Below, piece after piece: positions 50,079 to 63,096 of a stretch of 64,000 nt of DNA. Both the position numbers and the translations under genes were made by a program. Numbering within the stretch: the first letter of the stretch is position 1; each line of letters begins with the position of its first letter. Origin of the DNA: Mizuhopecten yessoensis (lineage: Eukaryota); contig NW_018406397.1 in the NCBI RefSeq assembly GCF_002113885.1, forward strand, positions 2,795,716 to 2,859,715. The letters are read 5' to 3'. The notes under the pieces are model-generated. The model saw only the letters and a program-made list of their open reading frames with translations, searched no databases and was not told the origin of the DNA.

Positions 50079-52667
50079 GTGAGTGTTTTAGTCGTTTTTG
50101 AAAAAATATACCCATACTTTACATGCACACATGTGTGTCGATCGCATGAAATGAAGCGGAACATGCAATCACGATGTCGGATGTAAACATTGCATTCGTT
50201 TATTCTTAGCCCGTTATTTGCAGTTGTAACATCAACTGGTGTGGGTTAATGGTGTATACTATGTGAAACTGTGTAGACTTGTGATACATTTTGTTTATAT
50301 TATACATATTTATGTGTGCATGTGTGTGTATGTGTGTGTAAATATAGTCACGGTCATGTATATATGTACACACGTGTTTCAGATGCTGATCAGAGAGAGC
50401 AGTAAAAGGGACATAACTCTGTTGTAACAGGCTATTTTTTTCACTAGTATAGAGACAGTAACACAAATAATTGATGTTGTAGCTGTTTCTCACTATTTTA
50501 ACCTCACAAAAACCGATAATTATAAAATGTTGATTGGCAAGAAAAGTTGAAGGACCTACGGCCTAGTTCATGTAGATATGTGGTCAAAGAATAGATGTTG
50601 CTAAGTGAAAATGTTTCAAATTGTCTATAACGGACTAGTGGAAATTGATAAACACATATTGAATATTTCTATTATCACAGCTTACAACTTTATTGTAATT
50701 ACAAATGTGCACAATTGAAAGGAACATTAACTTTATTAAAAAAAATGGTTACACACAAGTGGCAACAAATAGTTATGGTAATTTGTTGACTGTGTATATA
50801 AATATGCTTATACCAGGGGTATTTTAATTTTTGGCAAGTACTTATGGTAGTTTCCATTTCGTGGGCTTTATGAAACTTGCCAGATATTGGCTGAAATAAA
50901 AAAAAATCTTTTAAAAGAAAATTTCATTTAAAATGAAAACACTTTTACGATCCTGTATTTATGTAATGTATTGATTAAATATAATCAGAAAGCAACATGT
51001 ACATTTGGTGTTGTTTAGTATATTAGAAACAGCGATTTTTTACACATGATTATTTCCTAATACCACAGCAAGGCAGACAAAATCTAATTTTTTTTTACTA
51101 AATAAATATGTTAAGGGCACAATGCTATAAGTTGAAGTGTTGATAACTCTCCTATCCATATAAGAGGAGGAGGGGATGTCATACCTCTCAGCTGTGTAAA
51201 CAGGAAATAGACATGGGTTCAGGTAGAGGTCATTTCAAAATATCAAATCTATCTAGGAAAAAATTGCATGACATCTGAACAGGCTGGGGGGCATGTAGGG
51301 TGAAAAACCAGTGTTGAACTCCATGTAATGAATTTCACTAGCATATTTCATCTATATTTGTTATCGTATGAGGAAATTTTGACTCTTCTCATTCAGTGAA
51401 ACAATGGAAGCTGTACAGGAACACAAGCATTGCAAGCACTCGTTTTACTCCTAGTTGTTAGGGTAAATAACTTTTAGGGGAGATAACTAACACAACTAAA
51501 ATGTGTAGGGTAGCATACATCCTTAATTGACACAAAGATGAAGAGTTCATCGTGGTGATTTTTATGGAGTTAAGAAACGGATCTAGATTTATGTTAGTAA
51601 TTCTCTCTTCCTGTCTGAGAAGGACACCGGTCCTTCACAGGATCATTTTTCAGAATGCTGGTACTGCCAGGTAGCTATTTATACTGCTTGGTAGACGGGA
51701 ACAATTTGTGATAGGTGTCTCATTGAAAGGCCATCCAAGAATCCTAGCCATCCTCTCTACTAATTAATTACAAGCTTTTGCCAAAGCTGAGGTGTATATA
51801 AAAAAATTCTGTGATTCACTAAAATTCCTAAAAAGATGATTGAGACTTTAATCGATTAATTTATAATGATATCATATTTCAATAATTAAAACCTATGAAT
51901 TAAAAATAGACTTAATTGATTTTCTTTATGCGTTAACAGGTGTTACAACTTGACATTTAGACTTGTTTGTCGCTCTTTACGAATGTTGTCTATGTTCATC
52001 TGGCAGATCTCCATCTGTAAGAGATGTACACAACCTGTAACAGTAGCTAGGAGGAGTGTGCACCTAATTGTGTTACTAACACCAGTGATAATTGTTATGA
52101 TATGCCATGTTATTGTATAGCTCTGTATAATCCTATACATCTTGTCTGTGTAGACTGTAGGCGATATCTATGTATGCAGACAGGTCATAGATATGGGGTT
52201 GTACGTGCTGTCAGATCGATAGGCTGTGTGTACCTGAGGGATTTCACATCGACATTTGTACATAGAGGCATGTATTATCAGAAACATGAAGATCAATTCT
52301 ATGTATTTTGGAATCAAGAATGTTTTTCCTTTATATTGGCAGCATTTTTCATTAGAGTTGATTTTAGAAGTAATTTATCTAGAAATTATATCTGTTTTTG
52401 ACAGAAAAATAATCTTTTTTTTTTTGAGTGTTTTTTTGTTCAATGGGGGAGATTATATTCACTTCAAAGTTAATTTTGCTTCTATTGAGGAAAATTTGAA
52501 CTATATGTTATAATTATTTGTAAACAAAAATTGCAGTTGATTATAATCCAAAGGGCACTTTGATGGTCATATAAAATAGAGAATGTTCAGGAGCTATTTC
52601 TAAACATTTTCTTCAGGTTGGTAAGTATGGATTATGCAAAGTTCTTTTAACACAACTAATAAAATTT

Positions 52668-52726
52668 TCAATGTGAAGTTTCGATGACTAGTACAATATG
52701 TACACTGTCATATTCATCAGACAAAT
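52668..52726 (-). ncRNA. Degenerate minimal type I hammerhead ribozyme motif in a Penelope-like repeat
   Basis: Reverse strand reads TGT-CTGATGA-[ATGAC..GTACA-TAT-TGTAC..GTCAT]-CGAAAC-TTC-ACA; the sister copy at 29.7 kb has CGAAACGTCACA. Confidence 0.45.
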
Positions 52727-53468
52727 GACCAATGAAGCGTATGCACACAAAGGTTTTAAAATGTGAACGAGATGTCTATAAAATCGATGTCGATTTCGGC
52801 TACGCTGGAAACGTATGTACAATATAGTTGTTATATATGTACCGAAATGACTTCAGGAGCTAGACTAGATTTTTTTTTTTTTTTTTTTTACAAGGATGTA
52901 GTTTGATTACAGTTTAACTATATTTTTTTATCTTGAAATCCCTACATTACAGCCTAGGTTTGTCATCACTTTGATGTTGGTGTATTGGTACCTAAAAGCT
53001 GTACAAAACATCTTCTGTGTATGTGGGAAGAAACGAGAGTAGAAAGTGTGAGATGTAATTTTAACATAGCACCTGTTACAGTCCTGTATTACCAGTTGTT
53101 TCCAATTTAAGCATGGCATACATACTGTAATTATCTCTTTCTAATGTATGTTGTTTTCCTCCATTGCAGATCAATACGGCAGTAAACGGTATTATATCTG
53201 TCGACATTGGGTCTGGATACCAATAATACCAAAGAGAAGCAGCAATTTTGTTTGATTTGGCACCAGAGATAATCTGATACAACCTTAAAAAGCTTAAACA
53301 TATCGTGACGGTAAACTGAAGATAAACAACAGATCAAATAAAACAGTGCAGATTCACAGAACAACACACTCTCTAGATCTGAAGAGGCTTCATTGGCCTG
53401 TACAATCGAACACATTCAGAACAACGCCTAGTCCGACGAGGCTGACCTAGATTTACACAGGGCTAGGG

Positions 53469-56400
53469 ATGCCTTGTGTGGAGGGTCGTGTTCCTGGAAT
53501 TCCAGAGAAATGTGGACTCTACGATCCTACTCTCGAAAGTGACGCCTGTGGTGTCGGATTTGTTGTCAGCATCGATGGCGTCCGATCACATAAGGTAGTT
53601 ATATGCAAATGTGAACTGTATACCGGGAACCTTTCGTACAGTCAAATATCTACCCTTCACTGGTAAAATTCATGATTTTGTGATTGTAAATTTTGCCCTT
53701 CATATATAATTACTATATAGAGTGGGCTGTGAATGAATATTCACTCTCATGATAAATCCGCCCTTATTGCGGACGGCGAAAAGGGAACTGTGGCGAAAAT
53801 TTCCTTGTATACAGTAATTTTCACAGGAAAATGATGAAGTATAGCTATACAATATAATTTTATAAGAAATAATGTGTTATAAATGATTACGGGGGGGGGG
53901 GGGGGGGGGGGGTATTATGCCTAAGCTTTATAACAGCTTGTCTGATTGGATGATACTGGTCACATGACCAGGCAACAAAAGATCATTTTGCCGTCCACAT
54001 ACCCTCAAGTTTCTCCGATCTTAATTCCATTTTTTGGAGCCTGTCTAGAAAAACAACAAAAGCCACCACAATTGACAATTACTGCCCTTTCCAAGGTTAA
54101 TCATGTTTCAATTCGCCCTCATGAAACTTGATTAACCTCTGAGAAACAAAGAATTGTGTAAGGGCAATCAATGTATAATGTTACCTGCTCATACACGCTA
54201 GGTATCTCTCATTATATATATAATTACTTAAATGGAAGATATATTGTTAGTTAAGGAAAATTGTATTAACTATAAATCATGATAAGCAAGATAACTGACT
54301 AGGTTCATCAGGCAATGAACACATACTGTCATGTATTTATTAGGGTTGTCAAACAAGACAGATTTTAGTAACCGGTTACTAGAAAAATCTTCTGACCGAA
54401 TAACTGATTAATCGGTCAGTTTGGTAATCAAATGTTCTATTCAAAACGTATTTACACTGAATTTATATTAACTAGCATGAAATTATACTGATGTATTTCA
54501 AGCTTTCAACACCTAAACGCAGGAAATACATACATGTAACCTCATGATCAGTCGGTTTATGGACTACTTCATTCAGAAAAAAGTGGGATCTAATTTATTT
54601 CTACTCGAACTGGTATGCCATTATATTGTTCTAGAGAAACACAATTTGATCGACAAACCAATTAATTATTGATTGCATCCCTTTTAATGTTTCGCTGAAT
54701 TCAGTCAAGCATGCAGTCTTGAAATAATGCAAGTTCTGTAACCTTGAAAAATTGGCAATCCACAACTTTGAATTCTTGCTTCCTGTGAAGACTTTTTATG
54801 GTATCATCAACCTTTATATAACTTTTCAGTTGAGTACAAAAACGACACCAACAAGTCAGTCTGAATATTACAAAAAATCTGATTTTGATCTTATTGATGA
54901 ATAATTTGTAGGTCTAAGCCTGGTTAACATTGGGCTCCCCATAGGGTTCATGTCTGATTATTCGGTTATTGATTTTGGTAAGTGGTTCACAGTCTTCTGA
55001 CCGAGTCATCTGTTTACCGGATAACCGTTGATAGTTGTTTCGGTCATGCAAAAGTACTACTGTCAGCAGTTTAAGTTTCGAACAATGGATGAACCCAGTT
55101 GTTCAGTTCATCTGTAAGCTCTTGTAGACAAAGGGGCCGTGGTGGCCAAGTGGTTAAGGCGTTTGACATTCCGCTACCACTAGCCCTCCACCACTGGGTT
55201 ACAGGTTTGAGTCCTACGTAGGACAGTCGCCAGGTACTGGCCATAGGCTGTTGGTTTTTCTCCAGGAACTCCGGCTTTCTTCCACCACTAAAATCTGGCA
55301 CATCCTAATTAAATGACCACAGCTGTTAATAGGACGTAAAACACAAACAAACCTTTCCAAATTGTAGACAGAACTGTGCTATTGAAGCAGTCAAAACATT
55401 AGTCATGTTACAAGGAAAAATATTCCATTAATTTAAATTAAGGTCACATACCAGATTGTAAAAAAGGATGAAAAACTATTTAAATACATATTCATTTAAA
55501 AATGCAAATATTTTTCTGTTGAATAATTTATCAGATGAAAGTGCTGAAAATTGTCCTCATTTATCAATGAAATGGAAAGGGCTGCAGATTAGACATATCA
55601 TTTACATACACCATACATAGATTTAAAAGGCATGCATTGCCAAATGTCTGAATCATCTGAACAATATAGAGCTACTTTGTACACATGCAGTATTTGTTTC
55701 AATAAGGTGTGGCACATATATACCTCTCCCCCTACCCTTCCCTTTCAACACCCTCTAAGTTTTAAAGCAAGACTTAAGGTTAAATAAGGGGAAATTTCAC
55801 CTTGAAAAACATGTTGTTTACAAACAAATATGTAAATAACTTTGGCCTATTTAAGAAAAAAAAATCCATGTGTTCGCCCTCGAGCTCAACCCCTTGATCC
55901 ACCCCACAAGAATGTGGCACATGAGTCCCGACTCCACGGTCCATATATATATGTATTATATAGATTTAAAAGGGTACTGGATCACTTGAACCTCCTCATA
56001 GACTTAGTGTTAATTTATCTTCATCTTCCTCCCCTTTTGAAAACCCTTAGATGACTACAGGAATTCAAGTACCTCGACTCTCTAAATATAGTATAGTGAA
56101 GAGAGACTGTGTTGATACACAACATTAGGTTTAGAATGGTTTAGAAGTACATCAAGCAATGTCTAAACACAGAAATAATCTATAATGCTGTGTTGATATG
56201 AAATCAATAAGGCCTTCTGGAGGACTGGCTTTTGGGACGGAATTGTGGCAAAATGTTGGTGCTTTTTATACAGTTCTATTTTAACAAATTGCATTCGAGA
56301 CAATTGATTTGGGAATATTTGACGTCAGCAACATGGGATGTGGTTCTGGGATTGGCTGTGAACTAGAGAGCTCTCAGAATTGCTGATGGAGACGTAGTGT

Positions 56401-59103
56401 GCTAGAGTCGTGCTTGTGTGTGTGTAGGTGTTTACCAATATAGTCTGAAGTTGATTCTGTGGCTGTCCCCAGGGGTATATGAATGTTCCCTTTCTTGGTA
56501 TACTACTGGTATCTACAATCAATGACCTATTGCATGTAGAAAGCATTTAAGTTTCATTACATGTATAAACAATGGGTTGTGACAGTTAAAATCAATTTGC
56601 CTCACTAGACACAGACTCATTGTTTAGACTATATGCTGTATAGAAGTATGGTTTGGTAACTTAATGTTCTATATTGATTTCTCTGTAGTATTTCCTTAAA
56701 ATACTATTATTAATAATGTATATACAATGTACGTATTTACAATGAATGAACGATAAAAATAGATTTTTATATACTGTAATTGAGTGTAAATGTGCAGATT
56801 TTAGTGGTATTTTAATTTTAAGGATTTTCGGGCTTAAAATGTTAGACTTAATTATGATTGTGAGAGTTGAAGTTTCCCATTGCATATACTGTGACTGCAG
56901 TATATTTCAAGAGAAATTGAAATTGCCGAGAGTTTGGATTCAGTTCCTGGTCAAGTCAAAATTAAAGTTATTCTTCTCTGACAGGTCATAAACTATGTAT
57001 AAAAAATAGCAATACCTGGGTCTGAATTCATGAAAACATTCTCATACTTAAAGCTGACAGTGCACATCAAAAACTTTCAATTGAGATTAAAAAAAAAAAA
57101 TCAAACTTTGTTTTTCTGGTTTTGAGATCTTCCCCATATCTTCCGACTATTGTTTCTAAGGAAGTGCTGACATTTTAGTTTTGTCCTTACTTGGTAACGA
57201 GTATGGGTTCTGCTTGGTACAAAAAAGTGCATTACCTGTTCAACCGGTTATCATTCTACAACTGAACGTCTTGCGATTCAATGCACCCCGCACCCTGATC
57301 GGCAACCAATATCAAAAATCAAACACACTCGCACCTTAAACTTTGAAACACTGCCAAGCTGGTTGTTACTTATGGCACATTCTCCAAAATTATGTATCCA
57401 AAATAAAAGGTTTATTACTGAACATGCTTCAATTCTATAAATCCCATATATAACATCGGTCTTTCTTGTGCATAAAACTGCTCTAACACATTGTGCATTA
57501 GATATTTTAATTGGTCGTATTTTAATGCAATTTCATTTTTCTTAGATAAATGATATTTTTTATGTGTTCTTTTTCGATTTTATTCAACTGGTCTGATACA
57601 AAATGTCGGTAAAAAATTGTGCGTGGAAGTGTTCTATATATATAGTATAGAGTGTCACCTTGTGCACATATTGAAGAAATGATAACCGGTTTGACGGGAA
57701 ATACGCTTTTTATACCCAGCATGACCCATACTCGTTACCAAGCAACAAGGACAAACTAAAATGTAGAAGGATGAGATGGGGAAGATCTCTAAACCAGAAA
57801 AACATCAACTGGTTTTTTAAAATCTCAATTGAAAGCTTTTTAACTTGCACTGACAGCTTTAAGAAAGAATTCTGAGCTCAAGCCAACTTTCTTGTAACTG
57901 GCTTAAATCATGTAGCATGATAAAAAAGTCGGGTGAAAACACTCAAAATAATATTCAGCTCAGCCTCTATGCCATCATAATTATTCCAAATCATTGAAAA
58001 AACCCCATTTAATTATTAATCTATCACAGGTTCAAGAAAGTTTATTTGAGCACAAAACTTAGTTTGAGCATGAGAAAGGTTTCATGAATATGGGCCTAGG
58101 GCTGCAGTAGCTGAGTGGTTATAGTTATAAGACACCTGCCCATCTACGATAACTAGCTCTCCACCACTGGGTCACCATGGGGCAGGTTCATATTACCATG
58201 CTTCACAATACCATTCGACACTGGGTTCAAGGCCTACATATAGGGTAGTTGCCAATCACTGGCCACAGGTCCATGGTTTTTCTCCGGGGACTCTGGTTTT
58301 CCTGCTCCACCAAGACTTGGCTCGTCCTTAAATGACCACAGCTATTAATAGGACGTTATAATAAGCACAAACAAACCAAACCAATAACAACATCAGAAAT
58401 TTAAACTGTACATTGTAAAGGTAAAAGAGAGGATGGGCCCAATAGGGGAAAGATAGCAAATTATTCTTTAAAATCCCTCTTCTTCTGTAGGAATGAAAGG
58501 ATTTGGTCCATATTTGATGTGGAGCATCCATTGGGGAAAGGGAACCAATTTTGTATAAATGGTGGGTCTGGCCCCCTGGGGCTGAGGGGCGGGGCCCAAT
58601 AGGGGAAACATAGCAAATTATTCTTTAGTCTGGAGCATCCTTGGGCCAAGGGGACGTAATTTTGTATAAGCAGTGGGTGTGGTCTCCCAGGGGACAGAAG
58701 GGCGGGGCCCTATAGGAGAAATAGAGGTAAAACCTTTAAAATCCTTCTTCGACCATCTGGATTAAGGGATTTTATCCTTATTTAGTCTGGAGCATCCTTG
58801 GACCAAGGAGTTTCAATTTTGTATAATTGGTGGGTATGACCCCCCTAGGGGCATAGGGGTTGGGCTCTGTTTGAAGTTTATTCTCCCTATATCTCAAGTA
58901 TTGGCTGTGTCTTTCTGAAATTTCATATGTACTTACAGCACTGGTATACTGTAGTATATCATTGTTTTGCAGGTTTTGCGAGATGCACAGATCATGTTGC
59001 AGCGGATGGAGCACCGCGGGGCATGTGGGTGCGACAATGACACGGGGGACGGGGCGGGAGTCCTTACTGGCATTCCGCACAAACTCTACCACAAGATCCT
59101 CAG
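53469..59103 (+). CDS. Glutamate synthase (GOGAT, eukaryotic GLT1 type), first two coding exons 53469-53594 and 58973-59103; continues beyond the window
   Basis: [27 protein letters not shown]|[36 protein letters not shown] is the class II glutamine amidotransferase N-terminus of glutamate synthase. GT-AG junction in phase 0; in-frame TAG upstream at 53448. Confidence 0.95.
54341..55035. mobile_element. Possible hAT-like MITE remnant
   Basis: TAGGGTTGTC start; AACCGGTTA and CCGAATAA subterminal motifs recur inverted at about 54960-55030; right TIR is incomplete. Confidence 0.35.
55133..55353 (+). mobile_element. Full-length tRNA-derived SINE (V-like body)
   Basis: GGGGCCGTGGTGGCCAAGTGG (A box), GGTTTGAGTCC (B box), GGTTTTTCTCCAGGAACTCCGGCTTTC, tail TAATAGGACGTAAAACACAAACAAACC. 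Confidence 0.85.
57019..58096. mobile_element. Harbinger-like MITE interrupted by the element at 57052-57858
   Basis: Ends GGTCTGAATTCATGAAA / TTTCATGAATATGGGCC; the two halves rejoin into a copy colinear with 62079-62342. Confidence 0.75.
57052..57858. mobile_element. Non-autonomous DNA transposon with ~150-bp TIRs and TTAA TSD (Kolobok-like AG..CT termini)
   Basis: TTAA-AGCTGACAGTGCA..CTTGGTAACGAGTATGGGT / ACCCATACTCGTTACCAAG..TGCACTGACAGCT-TTAA. Confidence 0.82.
58099..58384 (+). mobile_element. SINE of the 55133 family
   Basis: Colinear head, body and (CAAAC)n tail, with a small internal insert. Confidence 0.75.
58420..58900 (+). mobile_element. HINE core-repeat fragment
   Basis: GGAGCATCC..AATTTTGTATAAATGGTGGG..GGGGCGGGGCCC units related to 44358-45500. 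Confidence 0.65.
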
Positions 59104-59289
59104 GTAATACCGCCTTCTTACACACACACACTTTTAATCACCCCTTTTTTTATCGGAGATTTATGTTTTTGTGTTGATTCAGAAATAAGTGTGAAGATGA
59201 AGGATGTATCACCTATCTGGTATTAAATTGTCTTAGATAAACTTACTCAGGCTAGTTTCAACAATGAGTACACTGAGAATTACCTTAAA

Positions 59290-59820
59290 GACCGCTGTTT
59301 ATAATGCACACTTGTCTATAATGATCACCTGTCTATAAAGTCCCTTATTTATAATGATCACCTGTCTATAAAGTCCCTTGTTATAAAGATCACCTGTCTG
59401 TAAAGCCCTAATCTATAAAGATCACCATCTATAAAGCTCACCTGTCTATAAAGTCCCTTGTCTATGAAGATCACCTGTCTATAAAGCCCCAATCTATAAA
59501 TATCATCTGTCTGTAAAGCCCCAATTTATAAAGATCACCTGTCTATAAAGCCCCTAATCTATAATGTGCAACTGTCTATAAAACCCCATGTCTATAAAGA
59601 CTACCTGTCTACAAAGATCACATGTCTATAAAGCCCCATGTCTATAAAGATCCCATGTCTACAAAACCCACTGTCTATAAAGATCACCTGTCTACAAAAC
59701 CCACTGTCTATAAAGACCACCTGTCTACAATGGACACCTGTGTATAAAGACATGTTAAGAACTACTGTCAATTAAGATTGTGTAGAATGACCACCTGTCT
59801 ATAAAGACACCTGTCTATAT
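59290..59820. repeat. Degenerate ~17-bp tandem repeat
   Basis: CACCTGTCTATAAAG(AT) units. Confidence 0.85.
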
Positions 59821-60044
59821 ACAAACAAGAATTGATGTACTGCCTTTGATCAGTTAAAGAACATCAAAGAGATTTACCATTGGCTGGTGGAAATTATTAG
59901 GTCATATTTTGTAGTATGACAAGAATGTATAACTATGAAAATATCTAATGTATGGAAATTAGTTGAAGTCTATGTAACAATGTTTTCACTTAATCATTGC
60001 AATATTGTCCAGTCACTGTCACCTCCCTTTCTTGTTTAACATTC

Positions 60045-60405
60045 GTCCAGGGGAAGAAGGCAATGGGTTCTGTCCCTAGGCCGGGACATACATATACCAT
60101 AATCCGTAGAAATGTAGTTGTTATTCCCTGCTTAACGTTTATTGTTTAAGGTAATTAATGTCAACAACTGGTTCACCCGTTGTCAGTATGATGGCCGGTC
60201 AGAATAGCGTACTGGGTGCCTTCAGCATGGTATTTCATTGAGGTAGCACTCTTAACGTCGGCATCACATCCATGATATTAAAGGAGGCAAATACATTATC
60301 ATACCCTGCCTCCAGCAGCCATAGACACAACAAACATGGAGGCATGTACTTAAATGACCTTAGCTGTTGATACAACATTAAACCCTCTAAAACGTAACTA
60401 AACCA
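60045..60405 (+). mobile_element. Meta-domain-like SINE
   Basis: ACTGGTTCACCCGTTGTCAGTAT core; reverse complement of the 48.5-kb copy. Confidence 0.7.
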
Positions 60406-62078
60406 GTCAGTGCTTTTCTTGGTGGATATAATTATATAACCAGTAATACTGTACAGAAAACCGGACCTCAGACACCATCTAGAAAAAGCTGACATGGTAG
60501 CTATGATACTGTCGTCAACTTTTATATCGGTCACGACCTGGTTTTTAATGGGGTTATCTGCATATTTAGGTTCAAGTTGAGGTTATCTGAGTAACGGAAT
60601 GTACAAACATTGATTCACAAATCGGTGATATGTGTGCATGTTATCAATAAATATTTTGCCAACCAAATTTTTGCCCACTGGCTTTTTGAATTTTAAAATT
60701 CACCATAGGTAGGTGAATCAACTGATGTACATGCATGTCTTTTTTTGTCCCATGTTGAGTTTCCCTTTTGTTCAAGGGGCTAAATGGGAAAAATAAAACG
60801 GAGCATATTTCCAGTTAGATAAAAGATAAACAATGACATTATCGTTATCATGTCTGTCTATACCTGCTGAAAAGATGCTAGGTCAATTATCTGTTTGATA
60901 AAAGGTGATCTAACCTTATCCAATCAATGTCCTATTTCATAATCATAATAATACTCATACAGGGTCATTATATAGGTCAGTGTTTGTCATTTTGACTTAT
61001 ACATTGTACATGTACATCTATCGGACTTAATTGAACCGCAGTACTATACATTCAGTGATACTAAAGGTCATTTTCTATGGCCTACACAAATCAAATGTGG
61101 AGTAAGATTATAACACCCACGACTGAAATACTGAAAATATTTCTACAAAATCATTATTTGTTCGATTTATTATTGTTGGGTTGTTATGATTGCAGTGCAT
61201 TTCATAAATGTTCTATGTGAATGAAAATATAGCAAAAATTGGATGGTTTTGAACAAAACTGTGCCTGTCCTTCCATACTTTATTTTCTTGAAGTTGACTT
61301 TGCACTGTCAAGTCACTGTCTCTAAAATAGAATGGGGAATGGGGGTTAATAATACATTGCATTGCCCTTTTTGAACAACCCGTGTTTATTTGGATGGTAA
61401 ATAGTTTTAGGTAAATATCCTACATGAAAAATGACACTAGGATTCTAAAATCCTAAATGTCTACCTGTCAAGGTCAAGGTCACCGATCATGATACTACAA
61501 TAAAACAGAGTGATACACTGTCAAAACTACATTTTACGGCCCTTTCTGACTGTTCATTTTGGTTGTACCTGGTGGATATATTAACGCCATATTACCCGGA
61601 GTCTCAAATCCAAGATAGCCACCATGCGTTACTTCTAAGACCTCGATCACACATTCAGGACTTTTACTGCCGTCCTTGATAGGACCATTCCCGATTAAAA
61701 TTTGTCAACAGTCTGATCAAGATCCTGTGATTCGTGACGGGATATTCACAAATTTGTAAAAACATTTATTTAACCATAACAACAATCAGATATTGTTCAG
61801 GAAGCGTCCCTATTCAGCAGTTTCAAGTTGAATTTGTCCCAATTCTCACGTTCTTACTCAGAATCCGATCCGGTTTGTTATCTTCCACATGGAAAAAAAC
61901 GATCGAACCTGTCCCGACAACATCCAGATTCTTCCGAATGCGATCCGACAGGGATCAGACAGTGACCAGACAGTGAACCGACGCTGATGGAAGACATCTG
62001 GACTCAATCAGCAGGAAATGGCAATGAAAAATTTCTCCAAATCATACCTGTTCATCACAACAGCATCCCGATCCACAG

Positions 62079-62342
62079 GGACTGTATTCATGAAACTGTT
62101 CTCATGCTCAAGCATGGATTCTGTGCTCAAACCTACTTTCTTGTAACTCGCTTAAATCATGTCAAACGGTCAAAAAGTCAAATGTAAACATTGAAAACAG
62201 TTGTCGGCTTGTAGTCTCTTCAATGTTTTTCTAAATCATTGAAAAAATAAGATTTGTTTATGAATTTATAAGTAGAACAAGAAATTCGGCTTGAGCACAA
62301 ATTCCATACTTGAGCATGAGAACGGTATCATGAATACGGGCC
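62079..62342. mobile_element. Harbinger-like MITE with a 3-bp TSD (CAG)
   Basis: CAG-GGACTGTATTCATGAAACTGTTCTCATGCTCAAG / CTTGAGCATGAGAACGGTATCATGAATACGGGCC-CAG. Confidence 0.82.
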
Positions 62343-62814
62343 CAGAAAACACAGGACAATGTCACGATTTTGATCCGATACAGCAGAATCTGTCACATTT
62401 AGTCACGATTGTAATCCCACTAGATAAAATCGGCTGAGTTTTCAGAATTTTACGGGATGCACCTTACTGTCAGGAGTGCTTGACCGACCTCTCTGGACCT
62501 TTCCCGATCCGTAGGACTCTGTTACGTACGTATACGACTGCGTTCAGACACTGATAGGACATTCAAGACCATTGAGGATAGTATTCCAACTTTCTCACTT
62601 TTATTGTCGTTGCACTGTCTAATCTCAAATGGGAGCCATAATCGGCGCTGCATTATTGGCTGAGATATATACTTATATTTATGAATCACACTTGTTGGCC
62701 CAAATGTTAATGTAGGAGGTTTTAACTCATTCACCTCTACATAATTTATTGAACTGGACTTGCCTAGTCTTTGATTTGGTAAGGTTCAAATGTGATTTTA
62801 GGGGTAAATTGATT

Positions 62815-62958
62815 AATGTGGGATAAAACCAGAGTACCCAGAGAAAACCCACATGGTTAGGCAGGTGACCCTATACCTTTTCACATCCAATCAGGGAATT
62901 AAACTATGACCATCTAGGTTAAAGGCGAGTGCACTATCCAATGTCCCACCTGACCACC
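62815..62958 (-). mobile_element. tRNA-derived SINE (V-like body)
   Basis: Homologous to 1420-1593. Confidence 0.65.
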
Positions 62959-63096
62959 ATACTTTGAGGTAAATGGTATTCAGTGCAGTGAACAAGAACA
63001 TATCCCATCCCATGAAACAAGTTGGCTGCTATGGCTTGTGATTGGCCGAGATCTTTCAGGTTATTACTACTGTTAAGGCTAACACAATGTCATGTG

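Noticed and set aside
58778-59177. Track ORFs 58778-59131 (-) and 58962-59177 (+)
   Set aside because: Shadow frames of glutamate synthase coding exon 2.
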